DNA from: Trypanosoma brucei
Lineage: Eukaryota
NCBI GenBank assembly: GCA_000002445.1
Contig: CP000069.1
Coordinates: 128,001-192,000, forward strand
Direction of reading: 5' to 3'
Length of the DNA stretch: 64,000 bases
In this document: positions 1 through 12,300 of the stretch, piece by piece
Layout of the letters: each line of letters begins with the position of its first letter
Numbering within the stretch: the first letter of the stretch is position 1
Translations under genes and position numbers: made by a program
Notes under the pieces: model-generated
The model's database searches: none
What the model was told of the DNA's origin: nothing
The model's input: only the letters and a program-made list of their open reading frames with translations

Positions 1-1819
1 AAGTGTTGGAGAGATACACAGCAAGCACATAAAGTTGCTGCGCAAGGACAGGCAGTAAGTGTATTACGTTTCTCCTAAACAATTTCATGCGGGGTCGAAG
101 TGTCATAGGACTGATGAACACTAAATCTTTTCGGTCCAGAAGCCCTCCAGGCATGATACCAAATACTGCAGATACATCCCTGTTATCCTGTACTTGCTCA
201 AGGGATTGCGTCACATTCTCTGAAGATACTGTTAGGGGATGGAAAAATATTCTATTGTCAATATTCTCCGCTTCCTTGCCATGAACCTCGGCACCAAGGA
301 ACCACTTCCTGCTCGCACGTAATGCAATTTTATTATCTGCGAGAAGCAAAAAGAGGCCACTCAATGGCGCACCCACATGTACATTGGCACTCGAGCACTC
401 TGATACACCCCACGTTAGATGTCCTTCCCACAAAGGCGCTGGTCGGAAGCCATCCATTATACTCTTCATATATACCATACTGCCACCTTGATTGCATTCA
501 CACATGGCACCCTGTAATGCAACGGCCTCATTGCACTCACCACCAAAGTCACCAACCACAAGGTCATCAATCACGTAGCGACGCTGCTTGTACAGAGATT
601 CCCTGAATGATGTACGGTTCGTCAGCTGTGGGGCGTTATTCAGAGCTTCGAAGAGAACTTCTCCCGCAAGCCACCCATACACCATCATCTCACCTGCGTT
701 GTCGTCCTCAAGGTAGTGATCGGGTTTCTTAAAAAAGTTCCAGTCATTGTTTGTCCTGAGGTAGTTGTCCATGTCATGCTGGAAGCGCTGAATCAGTGAG
801 AACCGAGTATCGTTAGCGAGCGGCACTGTTCCAGTTGTGATTAGCTGTCCAGGAGTGAATGTACGATTAGCTAACGCCAATGCCTCACGCCACATCTTGA
901 TCAAAAAATTTTGCTGTAGTGAAGTAGAAAGAAGATACGCATTGGCAGTGCGGTTGTCCTGTGCTACCTTCTTGATGAACCACTTTGCTGTATTACCCAG
1001 GGATGAAAACAGCAATATAGCCTGTGGGCGCGTAGCAACAAATTGTCTCCACCTGGTGTTCAAATCATCCTCAGAGATATTTTGATTCTCACTCTCCTTC
1101 ACAACGAACATTCCACACAGCTCGCGACCCATCATTTCCAATATCTGCACAGTAAACTCATACGGTCCCATACTGGCGGTGCTGCTCTTCACGTGCATCA
1201 TACCTATTCGTGGGACACGGAGGTAAACAACAGCATAACGAATGAGGGCGAGGAGTTCAGCATTGGGTTCGACACTTATGAAATAAAGGTGAGGGTTCCA
1301 ACCACGGACCTCACTGGAGTACGCAACGGGAGCGAGGGCAACAAGATCATGTTCCTTCAGTTTATCACTGACCCACGAGACGTGATTAGTACCCAGCGGC
1401 CCGAATACAACTAATAACTTGTCTTCACTTTGATTCATTCCCTGCTGAAATATGTCCTCGATTGTCGCATTGGGTGATGGGGGACGGATGACAGATATTG
1501 TCGCATTAGAGCCCGTCTTCCAGCTGTGGGCACTCAGTGATGCGTCAAAACCGGCATTAAGATCGTTAACTTCATCGTCAGAATATTCCGGATTATACAT
1601 CATGGATAGCACTTTTACCGTCACATTACTCGCTTCCGCGCACACAGGTGGCATCCACATGAGTAGCAAAGGCAACAAGTGTAGCAGTGACATAGCAGTA
1701 ATGACAGGTGAGTGCTTGTACTTGCTGTAACGCCTTGCAGGGCTCCTTGCGGTAAGGTTCCGCCTGCAGTTTCCATGAGGGTACACACATCCTCTTCCAC
1801 CACCTTCCTGCCAGCACAT
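1..1819 (-). CDS. GRESAG4: receptor-type adenylate cyclase (GRESAG4-like), 5'-partial: N-terminal ~600 codons; the rest of the gene lies beyond the window start
   Basis: nt 1-1817 are near-identical to nt 11388-13204, the N-terminal half of the complete cyclase ORF 9385-13227. ATG (revcomp cat) is at 1817-1819. The same antisense ORF pattern is present as in the complete copies. The ORF track does not report it because it runs off the edge, so intactness of the frame was only spot-checked. Confidence 0.55.
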   Translation of the reverse strand, partial: MCWQEGGGRGCVYPHGNCRRNLTARSPARRYSKYKHSPVITAMSLLHLLPLLLMWMPPVCAEASNVTVKVLSMMYNPEYSDDEVNDLNAGFDASLSAHSWKTGSNATISVIRPPSPNATIEDIFQQGMNQSEDKLLVVFGPLGTNHVSWVSDKLKEHDLVALAPVAYSSEVRGWNPHLYFISVEPNAELLALIRYAVVYLRVPRIGMMHVKSSTASMGPYEFTVQILEMMGRELCGMFVVKESENQNISEDDLNTRWRQFVATRPQAILLFSSLGNTAKWFIKKVAQDNRTANAYLLSTSLQQNFLIKMWREALALANRTFTPGQLITTGTVPLANDTRFSLIQRFQHDMDNYLRTNNDWNFFKKPDHYLEDDNAGEMMVYGWLAGEVLFEALNNAPQLTNRTSFRESLYKQRRYVIDDLVVGDFGGECNEAVALQGAMCECNQGGSMVYMKSIMDGFRPAPLWEGHLTWGVSECSSANVHVGAPLSGLFLLLADNKIALRASRKWFLGAEVHGKEAENIDNRIFFHPLTVSSENVTQSLEQVQDNRDVSAVFGIMPGGLLDRKDLVFISPMTLRPRMKLFRRNVIHLLPVLAQQLYVLAVYLSNT

Positions 1820-2111
1820 ATTTTCGGGAATGTGTGACACTTTTCGTGTGTGAAATCTTATGTCCTAAGGAAGAATATCAAAAGAGGGAAAATAGAAATC
1901 AGTAAGATTACACTTCCAGACAGTTGGATGCTATAACAAGTTCCCGACAAAACCAAAACAATGCTTAAAAAGCAATGAAGGCACGTCAAGGTAGCGAGAG
2001 GCGACTCGTTTATGATGTCACTGTAAATTGCGAGCAAATGATAGAAAGGGACAACCGACACGCTGGTAGGTAATGGTGTCACACAAACAAACACGTATAT
2101 GTATTTCATGT
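1820..2111 (-). repeat. U5: conserved ~300-bp 5' flank found upstream of every full-length cyclase copy (also 13207-13553, 22619-22978, 34046-34347)
   Basis: Near-identical sequence in four copies; contains the same 83-93-aa spurious ORF each time. Confidence 0.8.
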
Positions 2112-4735
2112 GCGTTGCTGCTTCTTTCCCGCAAGGAAGTATTTAAGTGTGATGTGGGGCAAGAGTTTGGATTGTTTCTTATTTCGGTGCCGCAGTCACT
2201 TGTTTGTTGTTTTGTTTCCGCCAGCGTCTACCTCGGCTAATGCGTCTCGGCTCTTAATAATTTCTGTTGTGCCCTTCGCCTTTTGTGTGGCTGCCTGGCT
2301 GGCTGTTCCTCTCATATACTTCTTAAAGGCGCTTTCCAGACAGGAAAAGTTTCCCCTTGGGCACGAATGTCGCGTAGCACATGCAGTGGAAGAAGGGCGT
2401 AAGAACATGCGCGACGGAAGAACCGAATCTCATCCAGTTCCGCTTTCTCTTTTTTTTCTCCTTTGTACCCTACTTTACTTGCAAACGCCGCAATCATGTG
2501 GAAACACTTGGTCCCCTCTTATGACATCAATCATCTGCCTTTTGGGATGCATTGTCACTCCTCCCTTTTCCTTCATTCATCTTCGTGTTGTTGCGTCGTC
2601 ACTCACTCATCCGGTTAGACACACCCTCCACATCCATTCGCACCATTTTCCTCATATTCCGAGTCTCATGCAGCAGAGAGCATGTATTTATCCATTTTAT
2701 TTCTTTCCTTGGGTCCACCCAACAAGTTTCGTATTTGGACCGTAACACAAATTTCATTTCCTGGTCGCAACCCAAACGCCGTTCGCGATCAGACGAGTTT
2801 CAATTCCGGGTAATGGGCCCCTTTCCACTTTGAAATGATTGAACCCTCTTTTTCGCACTTCCAATGGTTGCTGCCACCGTCACCACACCTTCTCCACGTA
2901 GCGTTGGAAAGAAGTAAGAAATAATAAAAACGCATCTGAGCAACGCAGCAGCGATCAGCCAGTGGACCTCATCAGAGTTTGTGCCTCCAATCTCATTCCC
3001 AAACCAAAAAATTAATCGGGCCCGCATGCGGCACGAGGCGTCCGGCGACTACGGGGGTTTACAAAAGAAGGAAAGTGATGTAACAAAAGGAGTTACATAA
3101 ACATCGCGACCGCACGCACTCCGGCCATACAGGGCTGGAAAATTAATAAAACAACCCGCTCAGGGATAACAATTGCCCTTGAGGGAAAAAGGTTGGATGC
3201 CTGCAGCCGCACGAGTTCCGCTGCGATTCAGGTGAGTTTATCCTTTCCCCCTGAGGGTCGACAGTGTTTCCCTCCATTTGTTCCCTTCCCAAATAATATC
3301 TTCAGCACGTAGCAGTATTTTTGATATTCCAAAGCGGCTGCCAGTGCGTACACTCCTGCATGGGGGGAAAAGCCCCAAGTGAGGGCGGCAGATATGCGCA
3401 AGTAACAATCAGAGCCCATGCACGCAAACACACATGATGTAAAGGGAAGCATGTAACAGGTATGCCAAATGCTCAGTTGAGGTTACACACTGCAGCGACG
3501 TAGCCGCTCCCTCCCGCCACAACTCGCCGTAGCTCCTCATCGCACAGTTAAAACGTCAAGGGTTCAGTCTAGAATTACCACAAAATACGGATAAATGAGG
3601 TTTGTCCCTATAAAGGAGCGGCATTTCTGCACTCCCCTCGAGTGTCCAAACAGTGTTGTAAATAACGGAAGGATATTATAGGCTCAGCAATATTAACAGA
3701 GTGAACGTGTTACAAAACTCCCTCACAATACAATAATTAGTATAAGCTGCAATAACTGCGACGGTGAGGGAACTTTGTTATACTGCGAGGCAACGCGGGT
3801 TTCAGTACATAACTAAGCTCATGCATCGACATCACACTCTGGAGGGAATGGAGGCAATCACATACCTTAAATCCTTACGGCAACACAAATGAGTGAAGGG
3901 AAAGAAAGCATGCAACTGGTGAAACAACATGTAACATCAGCAATGCAGAGGGTGATAAGGGTTGTATATCCGAAGAGAGAGATACAACAGCCCACATAAC
4001 ACCCAACACATACAAACACACATGCAACATAACACTCATTATGAAAAAATATTTAAAGACACCGCTAGCATTAAGTGGATTCAAAAAGAAAAACGTGACG
4101 CAGACACACACGGAAACACAGTTTTGTACCCAAAAGGTTGCGGGATTGGGCGTGAGAGGTGGAATTAAAAAAAAATAAAATAAAATAGTCATGCACTCGC
4201 ACGCTTAAGGACAGACGTGTTGAAAAAGAAATGTTTCACCTTATTTTTCTTAAAGCCTCAAATGGCAAGGACACAAATAAAAAAGAGAGCCCTTAGGGAA
4301 AGTACATAGCTAATCCCGTTTTGTGATTACTCACAGAACAAAAACGTTTTGGTTAAATTAGAAGAAATGTTGAGCCGTCCTGTCTTCCATAAGTGTCGGA
4401 TTTGGAACAGTAAGAAACCAACCGGCGCTGACACGGCAAAACACATGCATGTGTTAATTCAGTGTCTTGAAAGACAACGCATGTGTAATCTAACAGAGGG
4501 CATGTTCCCTCTTAAGATTAGTATGTGCTTTAATGCAGAGGCAGCAGCCACCAAAAATAGAATGTAAAAAATGTAATAATAAATAGATGGCAAAAGATAA
4601 AAATAGATACAAAAGACAAACCCTACCGAGACTACGTTAAAATTCACTAACAACTACTACAATCGGTATGCTAATTAACTTTTCCGCCGAGTAAAACTAA
4701 GAGATTTGTACGCTTTATGACGTGCAACACTACCA
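2112..4735 (-). repeat. S spacer copy 1 (~2.6 kb intergenic segment between the 3' end of a degenerate cyclase and the U5 flank of the next full-length cyclase); other copies at 31444-34045, 42810-45407 and a truncated copy at 54421-55706
   Basis: Direct sequence comparison: the same blocks (e.g. MLPFTSCVFACMGSD-encoding stretch, CCFFPARKYLSVMWG-encoding stretch) recur in all copies in the same order. Confidence 0.8.
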
Positions 4736-6460
4736 CTAATGTAACGACGGAAGCGGACACCCAAAGTGGCCTTCTCTGAAATGTGAACCAACGAATGGAA
4801 CAATTATGATTGAGCCCTCTTCAGTACTCACAGAAGCTTCACTGCTCCCACTTTGAGCGCTACGGTTAGCGACACGCCCAACCTTAACTGCAATGCGACG
4901 CACCACTTCCTCACAGTAGGCGTCATCCCACTCGAATGCAGCTTCACGGGGAAGAGGCACACGCCAATGCTCACAAAGCGACGCCAGAAGATTCCCCCGT
5001 TGCGCTGCTTTAAAAGTTCGGAAAACAGACTGCAGTGAGTTCAATATCGATTGTGCTGATTCACTCAGCTCAGCACGTGAAGAACTGTGGTCGCTTGTGG
5101 AGGTTGTCGTGCCATCCTCGTCTTCAAAGAATTCGCGATCCAGCCGTAATGCAGCAAAGTTGCGGCCAGGCACGGCATTCAACTGGTACATTTCCACAGG
5201 ATCATTCACGCCGCGAAGTGCAACATCACCAAGTGCAGTGACATCAATTTGCTCACGCTCCTCAGCTGACAGTGACATGTAAACCTCATGCGTCATCAGC
5301 ACCTGACCACCATTTGCTACACTCTCTGTCCTTTCTGCCATGTTTGGAGTCCGCCCATAGTAGTCATATCCCTTCGTCACTTCATCGTGTCGGATGTCGC
5401 ACAACCCGGTGTGGATTCCAACACGTACACGCAGGCCATTCCACAAACGACTGTACACTTTAAGGTCCAACCGCGCAGTTGGCGGTGTGTACTTCTCGTC
5501 CTCCTCCGCACGCTGCTGCTCCAACTGCTGGTAAGAATCATCAACTGCATTTGTTCCCCAGTCATGATGCAAGAAACACAGCTGTAATTCCTGTGCGAGT
5601 TGGACGGCAGCGAAAGGACTCTTACTCGCTATCATGAACGAATCCCCAACAGTTTTGACTTCGTAGCACTTATACCTCGCAATCAGTGAACGAATCAAAT
5701 AGTGATGTGCCGCAACGGCATCGGGCATCAGTTCAGGGTGTGCAGCCCACAACGCAGTGCTGCTCTCAATGTCAGTAAATATTAGTGTCACGGGGTCAGT
5801 TTGTTCCTTGGGTGCAAGATTGTTATCACGGGCATTCCGGTGTGTTGCTAATATAACAACCACAAGAACCGTAACAAGCGGCACCAACATTACGACGAAG
5901 CCAACTGCAATAGCGGCAATTTGCTCAGTCATCTGTTGGATCCATCTCGGTTCATCATAGGTCACTGACGGTGTTGCAGACGACAGCGCAGAGGACACAA
6001 AAGGGTTTAGAACATGTGACATCGACCATACAAAAATATGCATCGCACCACAGTTGACAACAGTGCTTCGCCTCAAGTCAAGTTTCGTTCGTACACTTGT
6101 CTCCAAACGACCCATACATTGCAGGACACTTCCCATTGCGTATGCGATGGCAGACCCAAGTAGTGACAACGGTTTCCACTTCGACTCATTCTGCACGATC
6201 TTGCGGAACTCACGTACTGTTTTGGACTCCGTGATCTTATCCCTCCGATGTGACAGATTCGTTGCGAATAGCAAGGGGTTAGAAAATGGCTTTTCATGGA
6301 AGGCATTCACGAGTTCGCCGTGGATTGGTGCATCATCGAAGAATAGGACAAAGACGTGCGCATTACGGTGTTTGTTAGGGTGAAAGAGGATTATGGGGAT
6401 ATTATATGGGATAAGACCTACAACCAATACCTGACATGCAGTTGACAGCTTGTCTCTCAA
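4736..6460 (-). CDS. open TM + class III adenylate cyclase catalytic domain frame of P1 (574 codons from a TTG; first in-frame ATG at 6134-6136 would give a 466-aa ectodomain-less cyclase)
   Basis: Contains a TM helix (IAAIAVGFVVMLVPLVTVLVVVIL) and cyclase motifs FTDIESSTALW, KTVGDSFMIA, VGIHTG, DYYGRTPNMAERTES. The ORF-track start codon is TTG (revcomp caa at 6458-6460), not ATG. Confidence 0.55.
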   Translation of the reverse strand: MRDKLSTACQVLVVGLIPYNIPIILFHPNKHRNAHVFVLFFDDAPIHGELVNAFHEKPFSNPLLFATNLSHRRDKITESKTVREFRKIVQNESKWKPLSLLGSAIAYAMGSVLQCMGRLETSVRTKLDLRRSTVVNCGAMHIFVWSMSHVLNPFVSSALSSATPSVTYDEPRWIQQMTEQIAAIAVGFVVMLVPLVTVLVVVILATHRNARDNNLAPKEQTDPVTLIFTDIESSTALWAAHPELMPDAVAAHHYLIRSLIARYKCYEVKTVGDSFMIASKSPFAAVQLAQELQLCFLHHDWGTNAVDDSYQQLEQQRAEEDEKYTPPTARLDLKVYSRLWNGLRVRVGIHTGLCDIRHDEVTKGYDYYGRTPNMAERTESVANGGQVLMTHEVYMSLSAEEREQIDVTALGDVALRGVNDPVEMYQLNAVPGRNFAALRLDREFFEDEDGTTTSTSDHSSSRAELSESAQSILNSLQSVFRTFKAAQRGNLLASLCEHWRVPLPREAAFEWDDAYCEEVVRRIAVKVGRVANRSAQSGSSEASVSTEEGSIIIVPFVGSHFREGHFGCPLPSLH

Positions 6461-8230
6461 ATTAGGACCTTCACCACTCGCAACAAAGAAGCTTAGTGAT
6501 GTGTTAAAGTTGTCAAGTGTTTTTGCAACATATTCCTAATTCCTCTCGTATCACCACCACGACACACAATGACATGCATTCTTCCTGCACCATTTTGTAT
6601 AATATGCTCAACTATCATAAATAACTGCTGCTCATTTGTTGGTAACAGGTGGATCACATTCCTTCTGGGGTTACTCGGTTGTGATGTGAGTATTATAGGA
6701 TCGATGAATGCCATACCCTTCGTCCGCAGTAACGAATTATCCACGACACCAAGCACAGCAGTTACAACTCGTTTCTCAACATCATTATACAGAGTTGCAC
6801 AAGTTTCGTAAGATTTCGAGGATAGTCAGTGTAAAAAGAAACCATCAGAGTGACCCAGTTGACCTTTGCCAACAACATGAGGGACACCATCGTATACCAT
6901 CTATGCAGCACGCAGTGCCTTTGGGTCATCGGTTATATTAAACATGACCCCACTCAATGGGCCATACAACTGTGGCAGGTCTCGATAACAGCGAGATGAA
7001 CCAAGGGTTAATATAGCTTCCTTCATAGGGTGTAGATGGAGATCCTTTTCCACCTTCTTCATGCACATCACACTCCCACCTTGGTTACGTAAACACGATA
7101 CACCCCGCTCTCCCGCCATATTACGGCACTCACCACCAAAGTCACCAACCACAATATTATCAATTGGATAACGACGTTTATTGTACAGTGATTTCATAAA
7201 TACACCCCTGCTAGTTAGCTATTCGTGACAACTCAGTGCCTGTTTCAATACCTCTTCAGCAACCCATCTGTTCAATGTCAGCTCAGCTTCAGCGTCTTGC
7301 TCGGTGAAGTTATTTTCGTTAATATCCCACCTTGTGCGCTTATAGTTATTACCATTAACCTTTAACAACATAGTCATATCATCCCTGAAACGCCTGACAG
7401 CTTTGTATGTGTCACCCTTCGTAATTAGGTCAGCCCCAGTTATTATTATTTTATCAGCCACAAACTCGTCTCTACCCAATTTATATGCCCACTTGTTCTT
7501 GATGGCGTGTTGGAGTGCAGAGGGTGTATGAATAAATATTCGCCTCTTGTCCTGTGGTCATATAATCATTTCATGGGGAATCTCTTCATATCAGGGATTG
7601 GAGAACCAAATACAATCATTCCCTGAGGTCCAGTATCGGCAACCTTATTCCACTCCGCACTGAAGCTACTGTTATCCGATTCCTTACCAATTTGACTCTT
7701 CAATGCAAAAAAATAACAACTAAACAACTTGCGATTCATCCGTGTTGCCAACTACGCAGCAAGCTTATACTCATCATCACCATAAGAAACATCTTTCAAA
7801 TACATGAAATCCAGTCGGTGTGACCGTAACTGAGTGATAGCATAACGGAAAAGAGCAAGCATCTCAACGGCGAGTGATGCTTCCAGGAGTCATAAATTGG
7901 GATTCCAACTGTGTACCCTACTGAATCCTGTGAAGGGTAAGAAATCAACTACACATTCTTTTCATTGAAATATTTGGTTAAGTTGAGAGTATTTTTGTCA
8001 CCCACAGGTTCCAGTATAATGGCAAGCTCATCACCGTAATTGGTTGTACAGATGGCGTATCCAAAGTCATCCATAGACGGAACATGTGCAACTGCCACAG
8101 ACACACGGAAGCGACTTCCCGTTGGTAATAGATGCGTTGAAACCTGCAATAATAGGATCACATACCTTTGCTGAAATCTTGTCACTGTATAACATGTTGT
8201 ATACCCTTACCCATATTAATCCATTTGCAA
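4736..8230 (-). pseudogene. P1: divergent GRESAG4-like adenylate cyclase, N-terminal extracellular region broken by at least 5 frameshifts/stops but colinear with the full-length gene; C-terminal TM+cyclase half intact
   Basis: Short minus-strand ORFs 7949-8185, 7219-7479, 6901-7197, 6493-6756 are each homologous, in order, to consecutive parts of the full-length cyclase ectodomain (e.g. YPIDNIVVGDFGGEC vs YVIDDLVVGDFGGEC; RRNVIHLLP shared). The frames differ between pieces. Confidence 0.75.
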
Positions 8231-9384
8231 GCTATACTTCAGCCAGCAGCTGTAGTAACATAGAAAAACACCACGTAAGTGACTACGCCATCTCTAGCAT
8301 GTAATTCACGCATGGAGGTAACCGTGATACTAGTAACTCAACGTAATTCAACTTTCAAACTACAGGACAAAAACGGCATAATAACAAAGTATTGGTACAA
8401 GATTAATAGACTGCATATGTATGTGTATATGTAAAAGCGTGGGAAAGGGAACTACTGTAGTGGATAACATTACACAAACCATAACAGCGAGAAAGTAGTT
8501 CAACACACATTCCCCCATACACCCACATATCATTCATGTATCCGATACAAAAACATAAAACATCACTAGGCATAAGGGTAAATGTGTAGATAGAACATTA
8601 CAGTATCATAAACTGGATTGCCATTAACAAAAACACAGCACACTAACAGTCACAGTTAACACTCAAACTGTAAATTTTAACTCACAACATCACGGCAGAC
8701 ATTGCTCAGTTTCATATTCCTTGACTGTCTAGGAGTAAAAGAGAGTGTGCGAGAGAATATGAGGAAAGTTTCAGCGACCATAGAGAAATATAAAGGAAGT
8801 TATACACATGTATCAGATATTGCAAATAGTTAGATGCAGCAAGGTGATTAAGAGATACCTTACAAGCCAGCATCTCCGAATGAAAAAAAAAGATTAGGGT
8901 AGACGCGAGGGATAAGCACAGGAGGTCACTTTTACTTCGCTATAGCCTCCGCTTCATGGGCATCACCTTATTATCAAACATATTTTTAAATGCAAGGACA
9001 CAGCTCCTAACAACACATTAGAGGTGGAGCGCCTCACATGACTACCGCCCACACGGACGGCAATATAAATTCAAATAAGATATTATTTAGAAGAAGTTGA
9101 GCATCAATGGCGGCGTGGGTGAACACATCCCTCACTACGTTAAACAGAAAGTTAACGACCCCCGAATATTGTAATCAAAAAATGGTGTGCCCATTTCAGA
9201 AGTAAAATGCATCCCGTACACAAGGATATTTAAAGCATCCAGCATATGAAGAAAATATTGCATGCGCAAAAAGTTGGGACGCAAAATGATAAAAATCGTT
9301 TATACAAGCCTGCTATGAAAACACAAAATGAATTATGTAAACATTATTATCCATTTACAACAACAAAACATACATACATCAATG
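8231..9384 (-). repeat. T spacer (3' flank of full-length cyclase up to the 5' end of the degenerate paralog); other copies 26798-27949 and 38155-39319
   Basis: Three near-identical copies, always between an F stop codon and a P copy. Confidence 0.75.
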
Positions 9385-12300
9385 TCATGAAGGATATTGG
9401 CTGGCACTCTCAACACTTTCCAGGTCAATCAAGTGCAGAGTGCAGCGTCGTCCCTCAACATAGGAAAAGTTTGAAGATGAAGCAACCGTTGCAACAGTAG
9501 CTCCTCCAGGTGAAAAGAGACTTCCACCCCTTTCCAATGATGTCACACTGCTGGAAGTATTCCTCGTTCCAAAATCCATAACACAACCCACCTTTGCAGC
9601 AATCCGACGGGTAACACAGCGACAACTGGCTTCATTCCAAGCATCCACCCCTGGGGGCTTCTTAACATGCCAACGCTCACAAAATGTTGCAAGCATCTTC
9701 TGTCGCTGGATAACTGGAAATGCGCCAATGAGAGCATCAATGCAACCAGCAACCTGTTGAGCGGTGGCAGTTAAACCACACTCATTAAAGCTCGACTCAC
9801 TAGCGCTACTACCTGTTCCAACATCTTCTTCATCCTCGATTTCACGTTCCAGCCGTAATGCAGCAAAGTTGCGGCCAGGCACGGCATTCAACTGGTACAT
9901 TTCCACAGGATCGGGCACACCACGTAGCGGCACATCACCAAGTGCAGTGACATCAATTTGCTCACGCTCCTCAGCTGAAAGTGACAGGTATGTTGAGCCT
10001 GTCATCAGCACCTGACCACCATTTGCTACACTCTCTGTCCTTGCTGCCATGTTTGGGGTCCGCCCATAGTAGTCATATCCCTTCGTCACTTCATCGTGTC
10101 GGATGTCGCACAACCCGGTGTGGATTCCAACACGTACACGCAGGCCATTCCACAAACGACTGTACACTTTAAGGTCCAACCGCGCAGTTGGCGGTGTGTA
10201 CTTCTCGTCCTCCTCCGCACGCTGCTGCTCAAACTGCTGGTAAGAATCATCAACTGCATTTGTTCCCCAGTCATGTTGCAAGAAACACAGCTGTAATTCC
10301 TGTGCGAGTTGGACGGCAGCGAAAGGACTCTTACTCGCTATCATGAACGAATCCCCAACAGTTTTGACTTCGTAGCACTTATACCTCCCAATCAGTGAAC
10401 GAATCAAATAGTGATGTGTCGCAACGGCATCGGGCATCAGCTCAGGGTGTGCAGCCCACAACGCAGTGCTGCTCTCAATGTCAGTAAATATTAGTGTCAC
10501 AGGGTCCGTTGGCTCCTTGGGCGCAAGATTGTTATCACGAGCATTCCGCAGGGTGATGCGTAGGAGCACACCAAGGGCAATAAAAGGTATCAAGCCGGCT
10601 ATACACCCGATACCTATGCCGGCTATCTGTGACCCTGTGAGACGACTCCCTCCTGAAATGATATACCCCATAGACGGTGTCATGCCGCGTTGCAATATGG
10701 GCACACTTGAATTCAGCACACGCGCCATCGACCATACAGAAATGTTTGTGGCTCCAAAGTTTGAGGCACACTCATTTGCCGAAACACTCGTACCAGAAAC
10801 ACATTCCACATCATTGAAGGGTCCAAATCGCATGTCATCCACTTTGATGTTGGACTCCGTGTAAATGCGGTCTGCCAGCAGCTCTGCATTCACTTTCTTC
10901 ATATTCGGGAGAATCACTTGAAGCAGCCGAGTGGTAACAAAACCTAAGAACGTTAGTGGATCCCAATGCGATTCATTCACAATGCGATGGAAACTCGCAA
11001 CCACATCTGATTTCGTGTCCTTCTCCGCCCAGTGTGGAAAACTCGTCGCGAATAGGAGCCGCTCTGAGCTAGCAATAGACTCTTTACTCGCATTAAACGC
11101 AGCTACAAACTCATCGTAGTACATTGCAAGGTCATTGAATGGAATGAATACACGTGCCCTGCGGTGTGCCTGAAGGTGCCGCGCAACTGCAGCAACGTCA
11201 GTGAGAGTGAGTCCAATAGTAAACACATCTCCATCACCCGAGAGATATGACGCTATCGGGTCACCATCACCAAGTGTCTTGCTGGAATCAAGCGGCACAC
11301 CAAACGTGTCCAATGACTTGTGCAGCAGGCTACTGATCTCCCCTGCTTGCTCACTACGTATGAGTGCATTTACTCCTCTGGAAGAAGTGTTGGAGAGATA
11401 CACAGCAAGCACATAAAGTTGCTGCGCAAGGACAGGCAGTAAGTGTATTACGTTTCTCCTAAACAATTTCATGCGGGGCCGAAGTGTCATAGGACTGATG
11501 AACACTAAATCTTTTCGATCCAGAAGCCCTCCAGGCATGATACCAAATACTGCAGATACATCCCTGTTATCCTGTACTTGCTCAAGGGATTGCGTCACAT
11601 TCTCTGAAGATACTGTTAGGGGATGGAAAAATATTCTATTGTCAATATTCTCCGCTTCCTTGCCATGAACCTCGGCACCAAGGAACCACTTCCTGCTCGC
11701 ACGTAATGCAATTTTATTATCTGCGAGAAGCAAAAAGAGGCCACTCAATGGCGCACCCACATGTACATTGGCACTCGAGCACTCTGATACACCCCACGTT
11801 AGATGTCCTTCCCACAAAGGCGCTGGTCGGAAGCCATCCATTATACTCTTCATATATACCATACTGCCACCTTGATTGCAATTACACATGGCACCCTGTA
11901 ATGCAACGGCCTCATTGCACTCACCACCAAAGTCACCAACCACAAGGTCATCAATCACGTAGCGACGCTGCTCGTACAGAGATTCCATGAATGACGTACG
12001 GTTCGTCAGCTGTGGAGCGTTATTCAGAGCCTGGAAGAGAACTTCTCCTGCAAGCCACCCATACACCATCATCTCACCTGCGTTGTCGTCCTCAAGGTAG
12101 TGATCGGGTTTCGCAAAGCCCTTCCAGTCACTTTTTGTATCCAGGTAGTTGTCCATGTCATGCTGGAAGTGCTGAATCAGTGAGAACCGAATGTCGCTGG
12201 CGAGCGGCACTGTTCCAGTTGTGATCAGCTGTCCAGGAGTAAATGTACGATTAGCTAACGCCAATGCCTCACGCCACATGTTGATAAGAGGACCCTGCTG

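Noticed and set aside
2110-2745. 211-aa ORF in the S spacer (copies 33552-34094, 44917-45522) that looks conserved across copies
   Set aside because: Conservation is a by-product of the segmental duplication. It is antisense to the array's transcription direction, Cys/Phe/Leu-rich with no motifs, and its N-terminus changes with the spacer boundary in each copy.
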